From positions 3,720,001 to 3,784,000 of the forward strand of contig CM030335.1 in assembly GCA_017654855.1 (NCBI GenBank): a stretch of 64,000 bases of DNA, read 5' to 3'. This DNA is from Podospora anserina. Lineage: Eukaryota. This document shows positions 12,174-27,100 of the stretch, in pieces. Within the stretch, counting starts at the first letter, position 1; each line of letters starts with the position of its first letter. The notes beneath the pieces were generated by a model. The model had not been told where the DNA came from. It searched no databases and saw only the letters and a list, made by a program, of their open reading frames with translations. Made by a program: the position numbers and the translations under genes.

Positions 12174-15100
12174 TCAAATAGTAGCGTGCACCCTCTGTCC
12201 TTTAGCCTTAGGCTTAACCATGAACTTCTTCGCCATCCTCACAATATTCACCACCTTGGCAAACGAGTTGTCGTCCTGATGGACACTAGGCACCGTCAAA
12301 ATGCTAGCTCTGTCACTCTGGTGCCCAGCCGTAGTGGTTCTCCTGTCATCGGTAGTTGAGACCACGCCAGATAGAGAAGCAACGACAGCCATGTGACCCC
12401 TCAAGGTGGCATGGTCAATCAAATCCTCCAACCTGGGCTCCGGCAGACCTTTTTGTTCCAGTAGCAATGCTACCTGCGCAAGATCAACAATGTCTCCTCC
12501 GACGGCGAAGAAAGATGTGTCCATATTAATGGTATCGTCAGTCGCTGGCAGACTCAGTACCTGGAACCAAGCCTTCTTGACCAGTGTGGAGAGGTTGTCG
12601 ATCTGGCTTTTCTTGACATGTCGCAAGCGGGATACAGCAAAAGTATCCTCGTCGTTGTCTTGTGTGGAAATATCGTTGAACGGCAACTGATGAGCGGCAC
12701 CAGAAATCTCAGTGTCCGACGGCAGTGGTGTATCAGGGTTGGCGCAAAACAATTCTGCGGCGCTGCAGAGCATGTCCAATGCGCGCTCAGCAAACTCGCG
12801 GGGAACTGGGCCGTCTTCGGCAAAGCTGAGCATCATCTCGTACATATCAGCTCCATCACTTTCCGCTCGCTGTGAGAAGATAGAGAGATCAGAAAAGTCT
12901 TCGTCGGCACCTGCTGCGCACCCCACGCGGTAGTCAACATTGCCAAGTCTCACATGAGTGCTTTGGTCGACATTTTGGTGTTGGACTGTGGTGGTGAAGT
13001 AGGTCCAGCGAGGCCAGCTGGTGCAATGGCGAACAATCTCACGGAAGCCAAGAACCTCGTGTGGCATATTCGCAACTTGCTGCTCCTGAACCTGATTAAG
13101 AACCTTCCTCGCTGTGCTGCCGGCCGTGCCAAACTTGACACGAACTGGAAGCAGATTGAGACAAGGGCCAATCATGCTCTCAACGCCGGCGACTGATGCA
13201 TTGCGGCCGCTGACAGTGTGGCCAAACACCACATCGTTGCTGGCCGAGACTTGCGCCAGGACATAGGCCCAGGCAGCCTTGACAACAGTTGCGGTGGTGA
13301 CGCGTCCCGAGTCCACAAGGGGCAAATAAGCAACCTTTTTCAGACAGGCGGTTGCTCCAGTCCCGGCTCTCCGATAGTTTGGCCCCATGCGGCGGACAAC
13401 CTCGGTCATGGATGAACCGTGAAGAAGCTTCTTCCAGTGTTGGTAATGTTCCGATGTCAAGGTGCCAGCAGATGCACGTAGATAATTTGCAAAAGATGGT
13501 GGACGCTCCACCGACTCGCCACGATACTCGGCAACAAGAACATCCAGGATCTTTGGGAAGCACACACCGTCATATTGGGCATGAGAAATCCGCAGGAGGA
13601 CTCTGTGGCGAGTGCTTTGGCGACAGCGCAGAACCGTAAACTGCACGAACTGTTCGCCGAGACGTGGTGTTGTCTCCCCATCGACGTCGAGCTCTCCTTC
13701 AAATCCACCCCGTCTCTGCATCTCCTGTGTAGCAGTATCGAGCTGATCTTCGTTCTCCACCTCCATAACGTGGAAGGCTGGTCGAACTGTCCGCAAGACT
13801 ACTTGGAGGAATCGCCCGCCCGAAGGCACGAAGACGGTCCGGAGAATATCCAGGGACTGCACCAGACGGAAGCATGCTCGTTTCAACCGGACCAAGTTGA
13901 CAAGCCCATCGCCATCCAAGTAGAAGTAGTTGAGCATCCAGCGAGATCTGAGAAGCGAGCCGGCGACTGCCAACGATTGGAAGTCGGTGGCGGGAAGAAC
14001 GTCAGACAACCCCCCTCTAAAGACACCCGTTTGAGGGACAATGTCCGTCTGAAGGAAAGCGTCAACATTGGATGCCGCCAGAAGGGAGAATCGCTCGTAT
14101 TCGTGGGTATCCTGAAGCATGGAGGCTGTCATGTTGGTGAATCCATCGGCCCCGTTTGCCGTTGACTCATCTGAAGCGTACGTATCGGCGGCGCTTGCGC
14201 TCGCAGCCATGTCATCCAGGCATGGATTTCGGAAAACGTCAGCGACTGTGAGGGCAAGCCCATGGTCCTTGGCTTCACCAACCAGCTTCATGGCCGTGAT
14301 ACTATCACCGCCAAGTTCGAAAAAGCTGTCTGGCCCGCTGATGGAATCTTGTGGAAGGTCCAACAATGCACTCCACAACGTCAGAAGTGTGGTTTTGTGC
14401 GAAGTGCTCCGTGGTCCTTGCGACGGGACAGTCTGGAAAGAGTCGGCACTGGATGATGTCCGTCCGCTGCTAGGAATGTTCTCGGGCTCCAGGTCTCCGG
14501 CAGTGGAGCGGTGTGAGATGGCCAGGTCCAGAGCGGCAACAGACTTTGCTGTCTGGGAAATGAATGCGTTGAGAATGCTGGCCATGGTTTGTGCCATTTC
14601 TTCAGCCTGCTCAGCCGTGATGTGATTAGTCCAGTACCGAAAGACCACACCCTCGCTATTTCTCGATGTGTCAACATTGACAGTGACAGCATACTGTTGA
14701 CCGTAGAGTTAGCGAAGCTCAAGATTACCAGAAGGGTTAGTAGGTGCAGCGTTGACTCACTTCACTGGGATCGTGTGCTTTTTCCATCTCGAGCCGAATT
14801 CCATCACCGCGTCCCCAATCGTTCCCGTTCCCATGGTTCTGTGTCGAGATAGAAGTGTTGTACAACGGCTTCCCGGCGAGGCCCAGCTCGTGCTGAACCC
14901 GGGCGAGAGAGCAACGCTGGAACGACACGCTCTGCAAATGCTGATCTTGAGTTGCACGGAACAAATCTTCAAGTGCTTGGGTTTCAGTGACTTGGATGCG
15001 GCAGCAGAGCATGTTGATCAGAGTCCCGACCGTTTTGTCAATCTCATCAACCGGGGCGTCGCGGTCTGCCGTCAGATACCCGAAGCAGACATCGTCGCTT

Positions 15101-18100
15101 CTGGTGTACTTTCGCAAAACAAAAGCCCATGCTGTGTGAATAATGTTTGCCAGGGTGACGTGGGCATGCTCTGACAGTTGACGCAGCTCCGAAAACCGAT
15201 CGAATGGCAGGGTCAAAGAGCCGAGTCTCCTGTCGTTGGTGCTGTCTGTGGCAGTATCCTCAATGAGCTTGGGGAAATAGCAGGGCCGGATACCCTTCAG
15301 ATATGTCATCCAATACTCGGTGTCGGCGCCGGCAGGTAGACTGCGGATGTACTGGACATATTTGCTGAACAGAGGGCCTGCACGGAGCTCGAGAGACCCA
15401 CTGTATGCAGAAGCAAGCTCTTGAAGGATGATGGCAAGGGAACCGCCATCAACAGCCGCGTGGTTGAGTTCCAGTTTGATCACAACTCGGCCGCTTGGAG
15501 TCGTGCAGATGGTCAGTTGATGTGGGAGCTGAGGTTGACGCTTGGACTTTCGGAGTTTGGCAGACGCGTGAATCGTCACTTGGCTCAGGCGGCCAAAGAC
15601 ATCTTCGTCACTGCACCTCAACAGCACAGCACCCGAGTCTGCCCTGTTGAGCACCAGCTGATCGAAAACCGCTCCCCGTCTGCTACTCTCCACAAACACG
15701 GTTCTCAGAGCAGCGTGACGGTCGACCACTTTTTGCCATGCACGCAGGAGCTTGTTAGCATCCAACCGGTGACGACAGTCAGCGTGTTTGACATCGTAGA
15801 TGCCATGGAAGAAATAGGCGTTCACATCGCGTAGCTGCCCAATCAACATGCCCTCCTGCACAGGGGTACAAGGATATATGTCTTCGACATGGGAAATAGA
15901 GTGCACTCCAAGACGTGGAAGCTCGGTCTGACTGAGCTTGTGGAGGTTACCATACGTCAGGGGGGTCAGGAGGGGATAATCGCTCAAGGTTGGCTCTGCC
16001 GGCTGTTGGACGAGAGAAGCGACCATCTTCTCGAGGCTCTGTTTGCAGAGACCAACCCAACGGCGAACATCATTGAGCTTCTGAAGGCCCTTGTCGTACA
16101 CGAAGCTGAACTGAAGCTTGTTGTTTACCACAATGGCGGAAATTTCGAACAAAGCAAGCCTTGGTGTTTGGGGTCCCACATCGGCTACTAGCCCTTCATG
16201 GTCAGCGAGGTCGACTGCCCTCACAATCGAGTCGTCTGCATCGTCGACATTCCGGACACCACCTCCAAGGTAATTGAAAAGGACCTCCATGGGTGTCGAC
16301 TTTTCTCTGTTGGCGGCAGGATCCAGCCATTTCCTGGCAAAGTACGAACGACCGTTCTCTGGGATGCTGCGTCGCATGTCCTTGGTCCTGCGCACCGTAT
16401 CTACCTCATCAACCCCGCCCGGAACATGCAAGGGACAGATCGACGTGAACCACCCGACGGTCTGAGTCAAGTCCACTTCAGAATCCGACGCTTGATCACG
16501 CCCATGGTTTTCGGTGTAGATTGTGGGTGTGACCCGGTCTTGGAAGATCATAGAGAATGCGTGGCCAATAGCTGCCACGAACAGCTCAGATGGCTCCGTT
16601 CTGAACGTCTTGTGGCAATCAGTCAAAGCCATCTTTGTGTTTCTCTCGTCGAGTGAGAATGCTCTGGTCTCCGTTGTGCCGTATGTCAGAGGGTTGCTCA
16701 CTCCCCAGTACAGGGGATCAGCTGGGACCTCTTTGAAGGGGAGGAGAGTGTCCTTGTCAAGTGATGCGGTGTTGGCAGCTTGGATGGTGCACCATTCCTT
16801 GAAGGAAAGGCGTTCGTCCTGTGGCAACGAACCCGTCTCCAAGAACTGACCAAGGTCCTGGACGATGATACGCCATGAGACCATGTCGACGCACAAATGG
16901 TGGGCAATCATGGAAATGATGGTCTCGTCTTCAGCCATGGCGTCAAAAACATCTACTCGGAACACAGGACCCCTCTCAATATCCAAGCTGTTCTGAGCCG
17001 TGGCCACGATGGCAGGAATATCACGGCGAGAATTGACCCGGTGTTGTACGAGGCAGTAGGCATTGGCCTGTATCTGATTACTTCGTTAGTATTCGAGGGC
17101 ATCACGAGACATGAGGAGGCGATCAAGGGACATACCTTTTGGACTTGTTGCTGCCAGGTACCTCTGGCCGTCTTATTGAATCGCACGCGTAGCATGCTAT
17201 GTCGTGCAACGATCGACTCGATCGCCTGCTTGATGGTGTCGGATGTGATATGCCGTGCAACATTGACAGAGAAGCTTTGGTTGAAGCGTGCGTCGCCTGA
17301 GTACTTGGTGGTAGAGCTCATGTATAAGGTCTGAATCGGTGACAGAGGGAATGGCTTGTCCTCACCGCTCTCAGCCTTGGGTCCTTGGTTGCTAGATGGC
17401 TCCGAGTGCGAGAACTTTGCGAGCTCCACAAGGTGGACGATAGATTTGGAGCGAAGAACATCCTGAATCGACAGTTTGATTTTGGCGACACGGGCACGCG
17501 AGACCACGCCCATGGCCGTAATACTGTCGCCACCAAGACTAAGGAATGCCTTGTTCAGTTTGATGCGATCTGCGGGGATGTTGAGCTCCTTGGCCCAGAT
17601 GTCTCTCAGAGTCTTGATGGGACCGGTCACCTCGATCTCTTCTTCATCCTCCCCTGCAAGCCCAAAGTCGTGCGATATCCGTTCATACGCCGCGTCATCC
17701 AGGCTCTCAACCCATCTTCCCACCTTGACTCGATCCAACTTGCCCGACACTACCACAGGCATCCTCTCAAGAACAACCCACACAGAAGGAACCATGTAGT
17801 GCGGGAGCGAGTCTCCGAGGTTGCTCCGAATGTCGGCAATGGCAGTGCGAATTCGGGCAAGACAATCAGCGGAACCCGCAACTGGGCAGCAATCTTGAGT
17901 GATGGAGACCTCGTCCCCATTCTGATTGTCGCCAGTGTTGGGATGGCTGTGAGCATCACCACCAAGGGTGAGGACGCCTACCAGTTGTCGTTTGCAAGGC
18001 CCTGCCTTGGGTTGGACCACCAATGCCAGGCTTACACGATCATCAACAGACAGGCGACTTTCAATCTCACCCAGCTCAATCCGCTGGCCGTTGACCTTGA

Positions 18101-21100
18101 CCTGGCCATCTCGGCGGCCGAAGAACTCCAGAGCACCGTCGTGTCGGTATCGAACGAGATCTCCGGTGCGATAGATACGAGTGGCGGGCATGGCTCCAGC
18201 AGCAGGGCCACGTCCCCACGCCGGACTGTCGATGAACACTTTGGCTGTCTTTTGAGGGTCATTGAGATACCCCCGAGCGAGGAGTGGACCGCTGATAGCA
18301 AGCTCACCCACAGCTCCAACTGGTGCCAGTTGATGATTGTAGTTCTCTCTAGGATCCACAACCCAGGCACGTGCTGCCCCTGTTGCGCGACCAATGATGC
18401 TTGAATCACGCTCCATTGAAACACGGGGGTTCACAACAGCCAACACTGACGCTTCGGTAGGACCGTAGCCGTTCATGAGCTCCAGACGATCAGCCCAGCG
18501 CTCGACAGTCTCGGCCAACATGGCCTCGCCGCCACACACAAGAGTCTTGAGCGTAGGGCAGACGATATCAGGGTCAAGCAAATGGGCCACTGACGGTGTG
18601 AGGAATGCCCATGTGGCGCGCAGTCTTACAATCGCCTCGCCAAGGTTATGCAGCCGCTCTTCTCCTGTAGGAACGCAGACACATCCTCCCAGCGTCAGGG
18701 GCGTAAGCACCTCCATCAGGGCGACATCAAAGGTGAGCGAGGCAAAGTGCAGAACGCGCGAGGACGACTTAATGTGGGTTGCACGGGCGTAGCCGCGAGA
18801 GCTGCAGCAGAAATCACGGTGAGCAACCGCGACACCCTTCGGACGCCCGGTGCTGCCCGATGTGAAGAGAACATAGGCCGTGTTGTCAGGGCGGGCGCCA
18901 TTCTTATTGACAAGTCCTAAGCCACCCGAAGGGAGGCCGCGGATAATGTCGCTGTCCACAAACAGGCAAGTCTTGACGAGATGCTGGAACCGGGTGGCGT
19001 ATGCAGGACTGCAGAGCAGCAACGGTGGGCTGACTGTCTCTATCATATCCTTGTGTCGAGCAGCAGGATGATCGGGATCCAGGGGCACAAATGCGCCACC
19101 ACTCATAAGAATTGCCAGCAACGTGACCACGGCCCAAGCAGACCGCTCAACACAGACTGGGACCATGGTCTCTGGGCCGACTCCAAGCTGCCTCAGACGG
19201 AACGCCAACCGAGTCGCGTGCTCCTTGACTTCGCCGTACGTGAGTTCAGCATCCCATGCACTGATTCCAACGCGGTCTGGATGTGCGGAAGCCTCTCTCA
19301 AGAAGAGACTGTGAATACACGAGTCAACGACGTGCTCGATATCTCCTTGGGCGTTGATGCGGTTCCACTTGGCAATGAGCGCCTGGTCATCGGCACTGAT
19401 GACTTGGATGCTGGCTAGAGTGGTGTTGACGCTCTTGGAGGCACTGGCAAGTGCTTGCAAAACAGACTCGAGCTGCTGCACAAGGCGCTTAGTCTGCCAG
19501 TCTGAAAGGACATCCTCGTCCGAGTGAATGGTCGCCTGGATGCCCGCATCAGAAACGGTGCATTCGAGCACAAGCGGATGTGTGAAGAAGCCTTCTGTGG
19601 AAGACCCCCCTTGAAAGTCCCAGGGGACGTCTGCAAACTCGGTGTTTTGTCGGGAAGATGGCGAGCTCTGAATCGTCAGTAGATTCTGGAAGTCACAAGC
19701 GCCCGCGCAGTCTTGGTTAAGCTTCTTGATATGCTGCAGTCCCAGATGTTGGTGAGGGGCCAACCGGCTTGTCAGCGCCTGGATGTTGCGTAGTAATTGG
19801 ACTACGGGAATATCTCGTGATAGCCGAACTCTTGTGGGGACTGTTGTGAAGGTGGGTCCTGGCATCTCCATGACGCCGGGTAGGTCGATATTGCGACCAG
19901 ACAACGTCTCACCAAAGATTACATCTTCAGTCCCAGTGTAAGCGCCGAGGGTGATGGCCCAAGCCGCCCGAATCAGGGTGGGGATTGTGATGTCTGCAAG
20001 AACCTGTGCTCGGCCGAGATTGAGCTTGCATGTCTCTGCCCGGAATTTCTTCGTCGTAGTATTCATAGATGCCACAGTTGCAGGGAGTTGCGGGAAATGT
20101 GTAACCGACGATGCGCCATCAAGGAGGTTGGTCCAGAACATCTCCGAGGCAGAAACATCGCGCTGACCCAAATACTGGATGAAACTGGCGTAGCGAGCAT
20201 GGCTATTGGGTTCGTCGGGCAAGGAGAATTTGGCTCTTTCGGACATTTGAAGTTGGTGGTAAGTCTCTTGGACTCGTTGGGCAATGAGAGGGAGACTCCA
20301 TCCATCGTAAAGAGCGTGGTGGATAGCCCAGATAAAGTGGCAAGCGTCGCCGTGCTTCACAAAAGAATACCTAGTGAGCTCGCCACCGTTTTGATGCCCC
20401 AATGCCTTGCCTCGCAAGTCAGCCTCGTCTAGGTGGCCATCTTGATGCCAGACGACAGGCTGAGGTGCGGTGACCACCTGCAGAAACCCGGAAGTGGCTG
20501 TGTGGACTATCCGAGTTCGTAGGAGATCCGTGTCGTCGATAACCTTCTGCCAAGCTGCCTTGAAGCAATCCATATCAACGTTGTGTGGAAGCTGTAGAGT
20601 ATTGACGGCCACGTATGCACCCTCTTGTTTGTTGGCAAGAGCAACAAGTCCTTCTTGCAATGGACTGCATGGGTATATGTCTTGGATCATTTGGCGGTCC
20701 ATATGGCAACGGGAAGACACCTCATGGAGAAGGGTATCGAGCTTCGTCTTGGGGCAGGGCACGAGGTCGAATGGCTGAAGTGCTTGCTGAACTGACGTTG
20801 TCGTGTTTTGTTCCCGAACACAAGCGAGTGCCATCTCGGCGAGGGTGGGCTTCTCAAATACATCCAAGATAGACAAAACCATTTTGTGGGCGCGTGCAGC
20901 GCCCACAATACGCATGGCAGTGAGGGAGTCGCCGCCAGAACCAAAGAAGCTATCGTCAAGGCTCACAGAACCACTCGGCAGCCCCAGCACGGTTTCCCAC
21001 AAACCTTGCAACTTCTTCTCAACCTCGCTGGCTGGTTCGCGGCGCTTGCTGGTGGCAGCAGCGGCAGACAACCTGTAGCCGGCCAAAAGCTCTCTGCTGA

Positions 21101-24100
21101 CATCTTCCTCGATGGCTCGACGCAGTTGTCTACGATCAAGCTTCCCTGCACTGGTCCAGGGCATTCCAGATACAGGCACAAAGAGCTGTGGGACCATATA
21201 GGCAGGAATGACGGCGATGAGGTGAGTCTTGAGGGCTTGGGCAACCTGACGGAGTGGGTCACTCATGGGGAGGAGGCAGAACCCAGCAGGTGTATCGGCA
21301 GCCTCTTCCACAACCTTGCAGCAGAAGAAGACAGCCAGTGACTTTGTTGCGGCCCGGCTGCTGGCAGGAGTGACGATATCGACAGCGAGCTGTGAGTCCG
21401 CTGGAAGGCCCGCCAAGCAGTTAGATTCGATCTCGCCAAGCTCAATGCGTCTTCCGTTCAACTTTATCTGTGTGTCCTTTCGAGACACGTAGGAGATGGA
21501 TCCGTCCGAGTTGCATCGCACGAGATCGCCGGTCTTGTAGATACCAACAGTGAGACCTGGCGGATAGGTCTGTTCGATGCCTTCAAGGACCGGGTGGCTC
21601 ATCCATTCGGGGGGTGATCGGATGAACGCCTTGTCTGTCTGCTCTTTGTTGTTGAGATAGCCTCGAGCGACCAGTCTTCCCTCAACCACAAGCTCACCAA
21701 TGGCACCCACAGGCACCAGGCGGTGGATGTTTTGGGGGTCCACAACCCAGACACGACCACCTACCGCACTGCCAATACTGGACCGATCGGCATTGCATAC
21801 GCGATGCGACTCATCGACTTTGGTGCTGGTAGTGGCCACCACTGAGCACTCTGTAGGACCGTAGGCGTTGACCAGTGCGCATTGGGTACCCCAGCGCTCA
21901 ATATGACCCGCTGCCATCGCTTCGCCTCCCGTGACAAGTGTCCTTAGGCAAGGAACACTTTCTGGCTTGACGGTGCTCGCCACTGATGGCGTGAGCAAGG
22001 TCCAGGTGATGTTCATGTCACGGATCACAGCTGCAAGATCATTGATCCTGGCCTCATCTGACGGGACACACACGCAACCGCCAACGAGCAGGCAAGAAAG
22101 TGTTTCCATGACGCTTGCATCGAATGTGTAGGAAGCAAACTGAAGGACGCGCGAGTCTGAGTGCATGAACATGGCACGAGCATGAGCGAGAGCCCCCGTA
22201 CAGAATGCTCCATGATCAATCACTGTGCCCTTTGGTTTGCCCGTCGTGCCGGATGTGAAGATGACATAGGCGGCGTTGGTTGGCCTCGCTGGGAAAGAAG
22301 TTGCCCCTGACCGCTCCTGAGAGAAAGTAGTGATGGAATCGGCATTGACGATGAGGGTCTTTGGTGCAATCTTGGCCATCTTCTCCTGATGCAGAGGGGA
22401 GCAGAGGACGATTTGAGCCCCGACATCCTGGATGAGCTGCTCGAGCCGGCCGCTTGGGTGACTGGGATCCAGATTCACAAACGCACCGCCAGCCTTGAGA
22501 ACGGCAATTTGAGCCACAACAGTCCAGGCAGATTTCTCGAAACAGAGCGGCACGAAGGTGTCTGGGCCAACATGTCCCCATTCAACGAGATGGCGGGCCA
22601 AGGCTGATGCTGCAGCCTCGAGTTCGACATAGGTGAAGGATGTATCCCACCCACAAACAGCAGGGGTGTCTAAAGGACGTCGAAGAGCGTGCTCCGATAT
22701 GATGTCGTGTACACACCGCTCCACACACGGTAGCTCATAGTTGTTCCACGACCAGATCTGGCTGAGCCCGGCTGGGCCGACCATGTCAATCTCAGCCACA
22801 GTGCAGTCATCCCCTTTATCTGTGACGATATCGCACAGAGTCTGCTGGAAGGCGTTGGCAACGTTTCTGATCTGAGCGTCCGAAATGATATTTCTCCAGT
22901 GGCTGAAGTGAACCTCGACCTTGTCGTCCGTGGCCTCGACGTTGACGGCCACAACATATTCGCTTGGGTCTTCCGAACTCACGACGCGGTACCGGAGATC
23001 GGACTGCGAAGAAGAAGACTGCGCACGGCCTCGCTTCTGGTAGGTAAAAGCCGTGTTGAAAAGGGCCGAGCCGGCGAGTCGCAGTTCATGCTGCATTTCG
23101 GCAAGGGAGCAGCTCTGGTGTGCCATGGCATCCGCGAGGTCACCCTTGATGGTGTCTAAAGCTTCAGCAATTTCGGCATCAGAGGGAATGTGGACACGAC
23201 ACACGAGCATATTGATGAAGGCGCCAACAGCATGCTCGATGTTGGCCACAGGGAGGTCTCTTCCAGATGCCAAGTAGCCAAAGAGGACATCATCCGAACC
23301 CGTGTAGGATCGCACAACCATGGCCCATACAAATTGAAGCAGTGTCGAGAGTGTGATTCCCGAGTCAGCACAGTATGTGTTGACTTCACCCATGACTTGG
23401 CGGTCAAAGCATATGATGTGAGACCCAAGTGATGGCTCTGTATGAGCGTGGCCGTCCGAGAGAGCGGGAAACAGACAAGGCTCAACGCCGTCGAGATAGT
23501 TCTTCCAGTAAGCAACGCTGTCGGCACGAGGTTGAGACTGGATGTAAGCCATGTAGTCGCGATAAAGCGGTGCAGACTTTTGGATCTTGATGGGTTTTGA
23601 ATCGTCCCCATCACCGTAAGCATCCGCCAGGTCATCGAGCAGTATTGGTATCGAAGAACCGTCGCAGATCGCATGGCTGATCTCGAGTCTGCAAAAGGTC
23701 CGTCCATTAGCCGTGTTGCAGATTATGAGGCGGTGCGATGGCTTCTTTTCGTTGTAGTCGATGCCCTGAATCTGCTCCAGACAGAAAACAATGGCCTTGT
23801 CAGCGTCTTGACCAGCGTCCTCGCAGGTCATGGTATAAACCCTGCCGGGGAACTCGCGCAATACGACCTGGTCCATCAAACCCTCATCACCGACAGTATC
23901 CACAAACACCGTCCGGAGAGTTGCGTGGCGTTGGACAACAACTTGCCAAGCATCGTGCAGCCGTTCCGGGTTGACCTCTCCCGCGGAAGACTGAACCTCA
24001 AAAACGGCGCTGTAGGCATACTTTTCTGGGTCACGAAGCTGACTCAACAACAGGCCGCGCTGCATCGGCGAACAGGGGTAGACGTCCTCAACGTTGCTGG

Positions 24101-27100
24101 GGTTGACCTCGATAGACCGCAGTCTCTCGTTGAGACTTTCCAGGCCGTAGTAGGTTAGGGGCAACAGTGGGAATGCGCTGAGAGTTTTCTCGGGTGCACG
24201 ATCCATCAATCTTTCGGCGGCCTCTCGAAGAAGACCTTGGCAGTTCTTCGCCCACGTGTTGATGGCATCCCGGCGTTTCATGTGTTTGTTGATCGAGAAC
24301 GACAGCCTCAAACGCCCTGCTGAGACAACTGCAGACACATCAATGAGTGCCAAACGGGGAACGTCTTTCCCGATATCAGATTCCGAGTTCACTGAGAGAT
24401 GATCGCAGGATTGCAGGAAGTTGTCAGTACGGCTGAGCTGCTGCATCTGCCCGAGGTAGTTGAAGGCCACTTCTACGGGCCACTGGTGACCGTACTTTTC
24501 GCGGCCTTCCGAGGTGAGCATGCGGTAAGCAAAGTATGGGCGACCCTTCTCGGGCAAACGACGTCGATAGTCTTTGATCCAGCGAATCGCGTTGACGATA
24601 TCTCCATCTATGAGAAATACAGTGAGATTAGTATGATGTCCCAAAACAGAACAGGCACATGTTGTCTTACCCAAGGAAGACTCTTCTGGCAGGTGCACTG
24701 GCGATAGAGTTGTGAACCATCCAACAGTTCTTGATAGATCAACTGTGTCATCCCCCGTCTCACGTCCGTGTCCTTCATTATAAATCGTGGGTGCACCTTG
24801 CCGGTCAGGTGTTGCGCTGCGGTATGAAACCAACAAGGCTGCAAGCAAAACGTCAACCAGCTCAGTTTGGAGGGGCTTGTGGCAATCCGGCCCAAGCAGC
24901 AGATTAGTTGTGTTTGCGTCCAACTCAACAATAGCACCCTCAACAACATCGCCTTGAACGTTCGAGGTACCAATCATTCCCCAGTACTGCAGGTCCTCGG
25001 CTGCAGGCTCGTGGTGCGGAAGCAACGAGGAGCCATTCTTTTGCGACTGGGCCTGCTCAGACTGCTTACGGCTCCATGTCTGGAAAGACAGTGACGCAGG
25101 GGCCATGATTTTCCCAGTGGCTAGGAAGTCTTCCAGGTCCTGGAGAATGATGCCCCACGAGACAACGTCGACCACGAGATGGTGGATCGTGATGAAGACG
25201 AACACATCTTTGTCGCTTTTGCCGACCGTGAGCCAGTCTGCTGCCAACAAGGGACCGTTTTGGATATCGAGCGCCTTTTGAGAATTCTGAACACGTTTCT
25301 CGATTCGACTTTGGTCGCTAATGGCGTGTGTCTTGAAGCGATATGAGCCCCTGACATCAGTTGTGATGCGCTGCCGCCAGTGTCCCGTGCCCCCGCGACG
25401 GAACCGAGCGCGGAGCATCGAATGTGTTGTGATCAAGGCCTGGATGGCACGCTCGAGATCATGAGCGGTAGCGTGTTTTGCGAGCCTCAGAAGAACACTT
25501 TGGTTGAACTGGTGGAAGTTCCGAGATCCAGCAGATGGGGCATTGCCACCCATCAGCTGTTCGAAGTACAGCTGTTGGATCGGCGATGGGTCAAAGTCGT
25601 GTTGGTCCTCGCCGTTGGCCTTCGGGCCTTGTCGTTGATGGCGAGGGGCGTCAACCTTCAGGGCGAGGTCATGGACCGATTTGCTGCTGATGATGTCCCG
25701 CACAGTGACAGTGAGGCCCAGTGATCTACAGCGAGCCATGACTTGCATTGCGGTGATGCTGTCACCTCCAAGGTGCAGGAAGGAGACATTGCGTCCAACT
25801 CTGTCTGGTGTGATATTGAGCACCTGGCTCCAGACAGACTTGAGCTTCTCTTCCACAGAAACAACATCATCCTGTGTGGCAGAGTGACCTTGGTGAACTG
25901 AGTCGACAGCAGACGAGACGGCGCGGTTGATTGTGTCCAGAGTCTCCTCGTCAATATTTTCCACAAACCGGACGACACTGGTGCGGTCAAGTTTTCCAGA
26001 CGGCAGAAGCGGTATTTCTTGAAGGACAAGCCATGTTGAAGGCACCATGTACGGTGGCAGCTTCTGTCGTAATCGGTCTTCTGATTGCTTGACGGCGTCG
26101 CACGCCTGCCTGGACGTCACCATATGGAACTTGATAGTCGGGTCCACAGCCTCCGGGGGAGCTGATCGAAGAGAGACAACAGCAACAAGTCTGTTGGCAC
26201 ATGCACCTGTTTTGGGGATAGTGACCACAGCATGTCGGATGCCATCATCAGCAGCTAGATGGTGAACAATCTCGTCCAACTCCAGGCGCTGGCCGTTGAG
26301 CTTGGCTTGAGACGAGTCCTTGCGTCCCATGTAAAACATCTCGCCAGACACATCGTCGCACACGCGAACAAGGTCTCCGGTCTTGTACATGCGGCGCGGA
26401 GAAGATGGTGGCATGTCTGGGAAGCGCAGAGACTCCGCCTTGGCCCATTGAGGATCTTCGATAAACACCTCCTTGGTCTTGACCTCGTTTCTCAAATAAC
26501 CGGTCGACAGTGTGGGACCCTCGATGAGCAGCTCACCAACGGATCCAAGTGGTGCGAGGCGATTATGGTTCTGGGGGTCAACAATCCAGCAACGACCAAT
26601 TCCTCTTCCGAGATTGGACGGGATGGCTGCGCGGTGCATGAGGGGATTCACGGTAGCCACCACGGCACACTCGCTCGGGCCGTAGGCGTTGACCAAGTTG
26701 ACCTTGTCAGCCCAGGTGTCAATATGGCTTTGCGTCATGGCCTCACCACCCAGGATCAGTGTCTTGAGGTGAGGAACATCACTGGGCTTCAGGACACGGG
26801 CAAAGGAGGGAGTGAGCAAGGTCATGGTCACTTCCATCTGTTCCATGACAGAAGCAATGTTGCCGTTGGTGCGGTCTTCCCCACGAGGAACGGCCACACT
26901 ACCACCCATGATGAGAGTGGTGAAGATCTCAACCATCGAGGCATCGAAGGTGTAAGATGCAAACTGGAGGAAGCGGAAGGGAGGGTTCATGAGCATGGCT
27001 GGCCCATGGGCAGCGGCACCTGAGCAGAAGGCGGCATGGGAAACTAAGGATAACGGGAAGAGAGCAGCGGTCAGTACGAGAGACAGCAAAGATGAAGATG

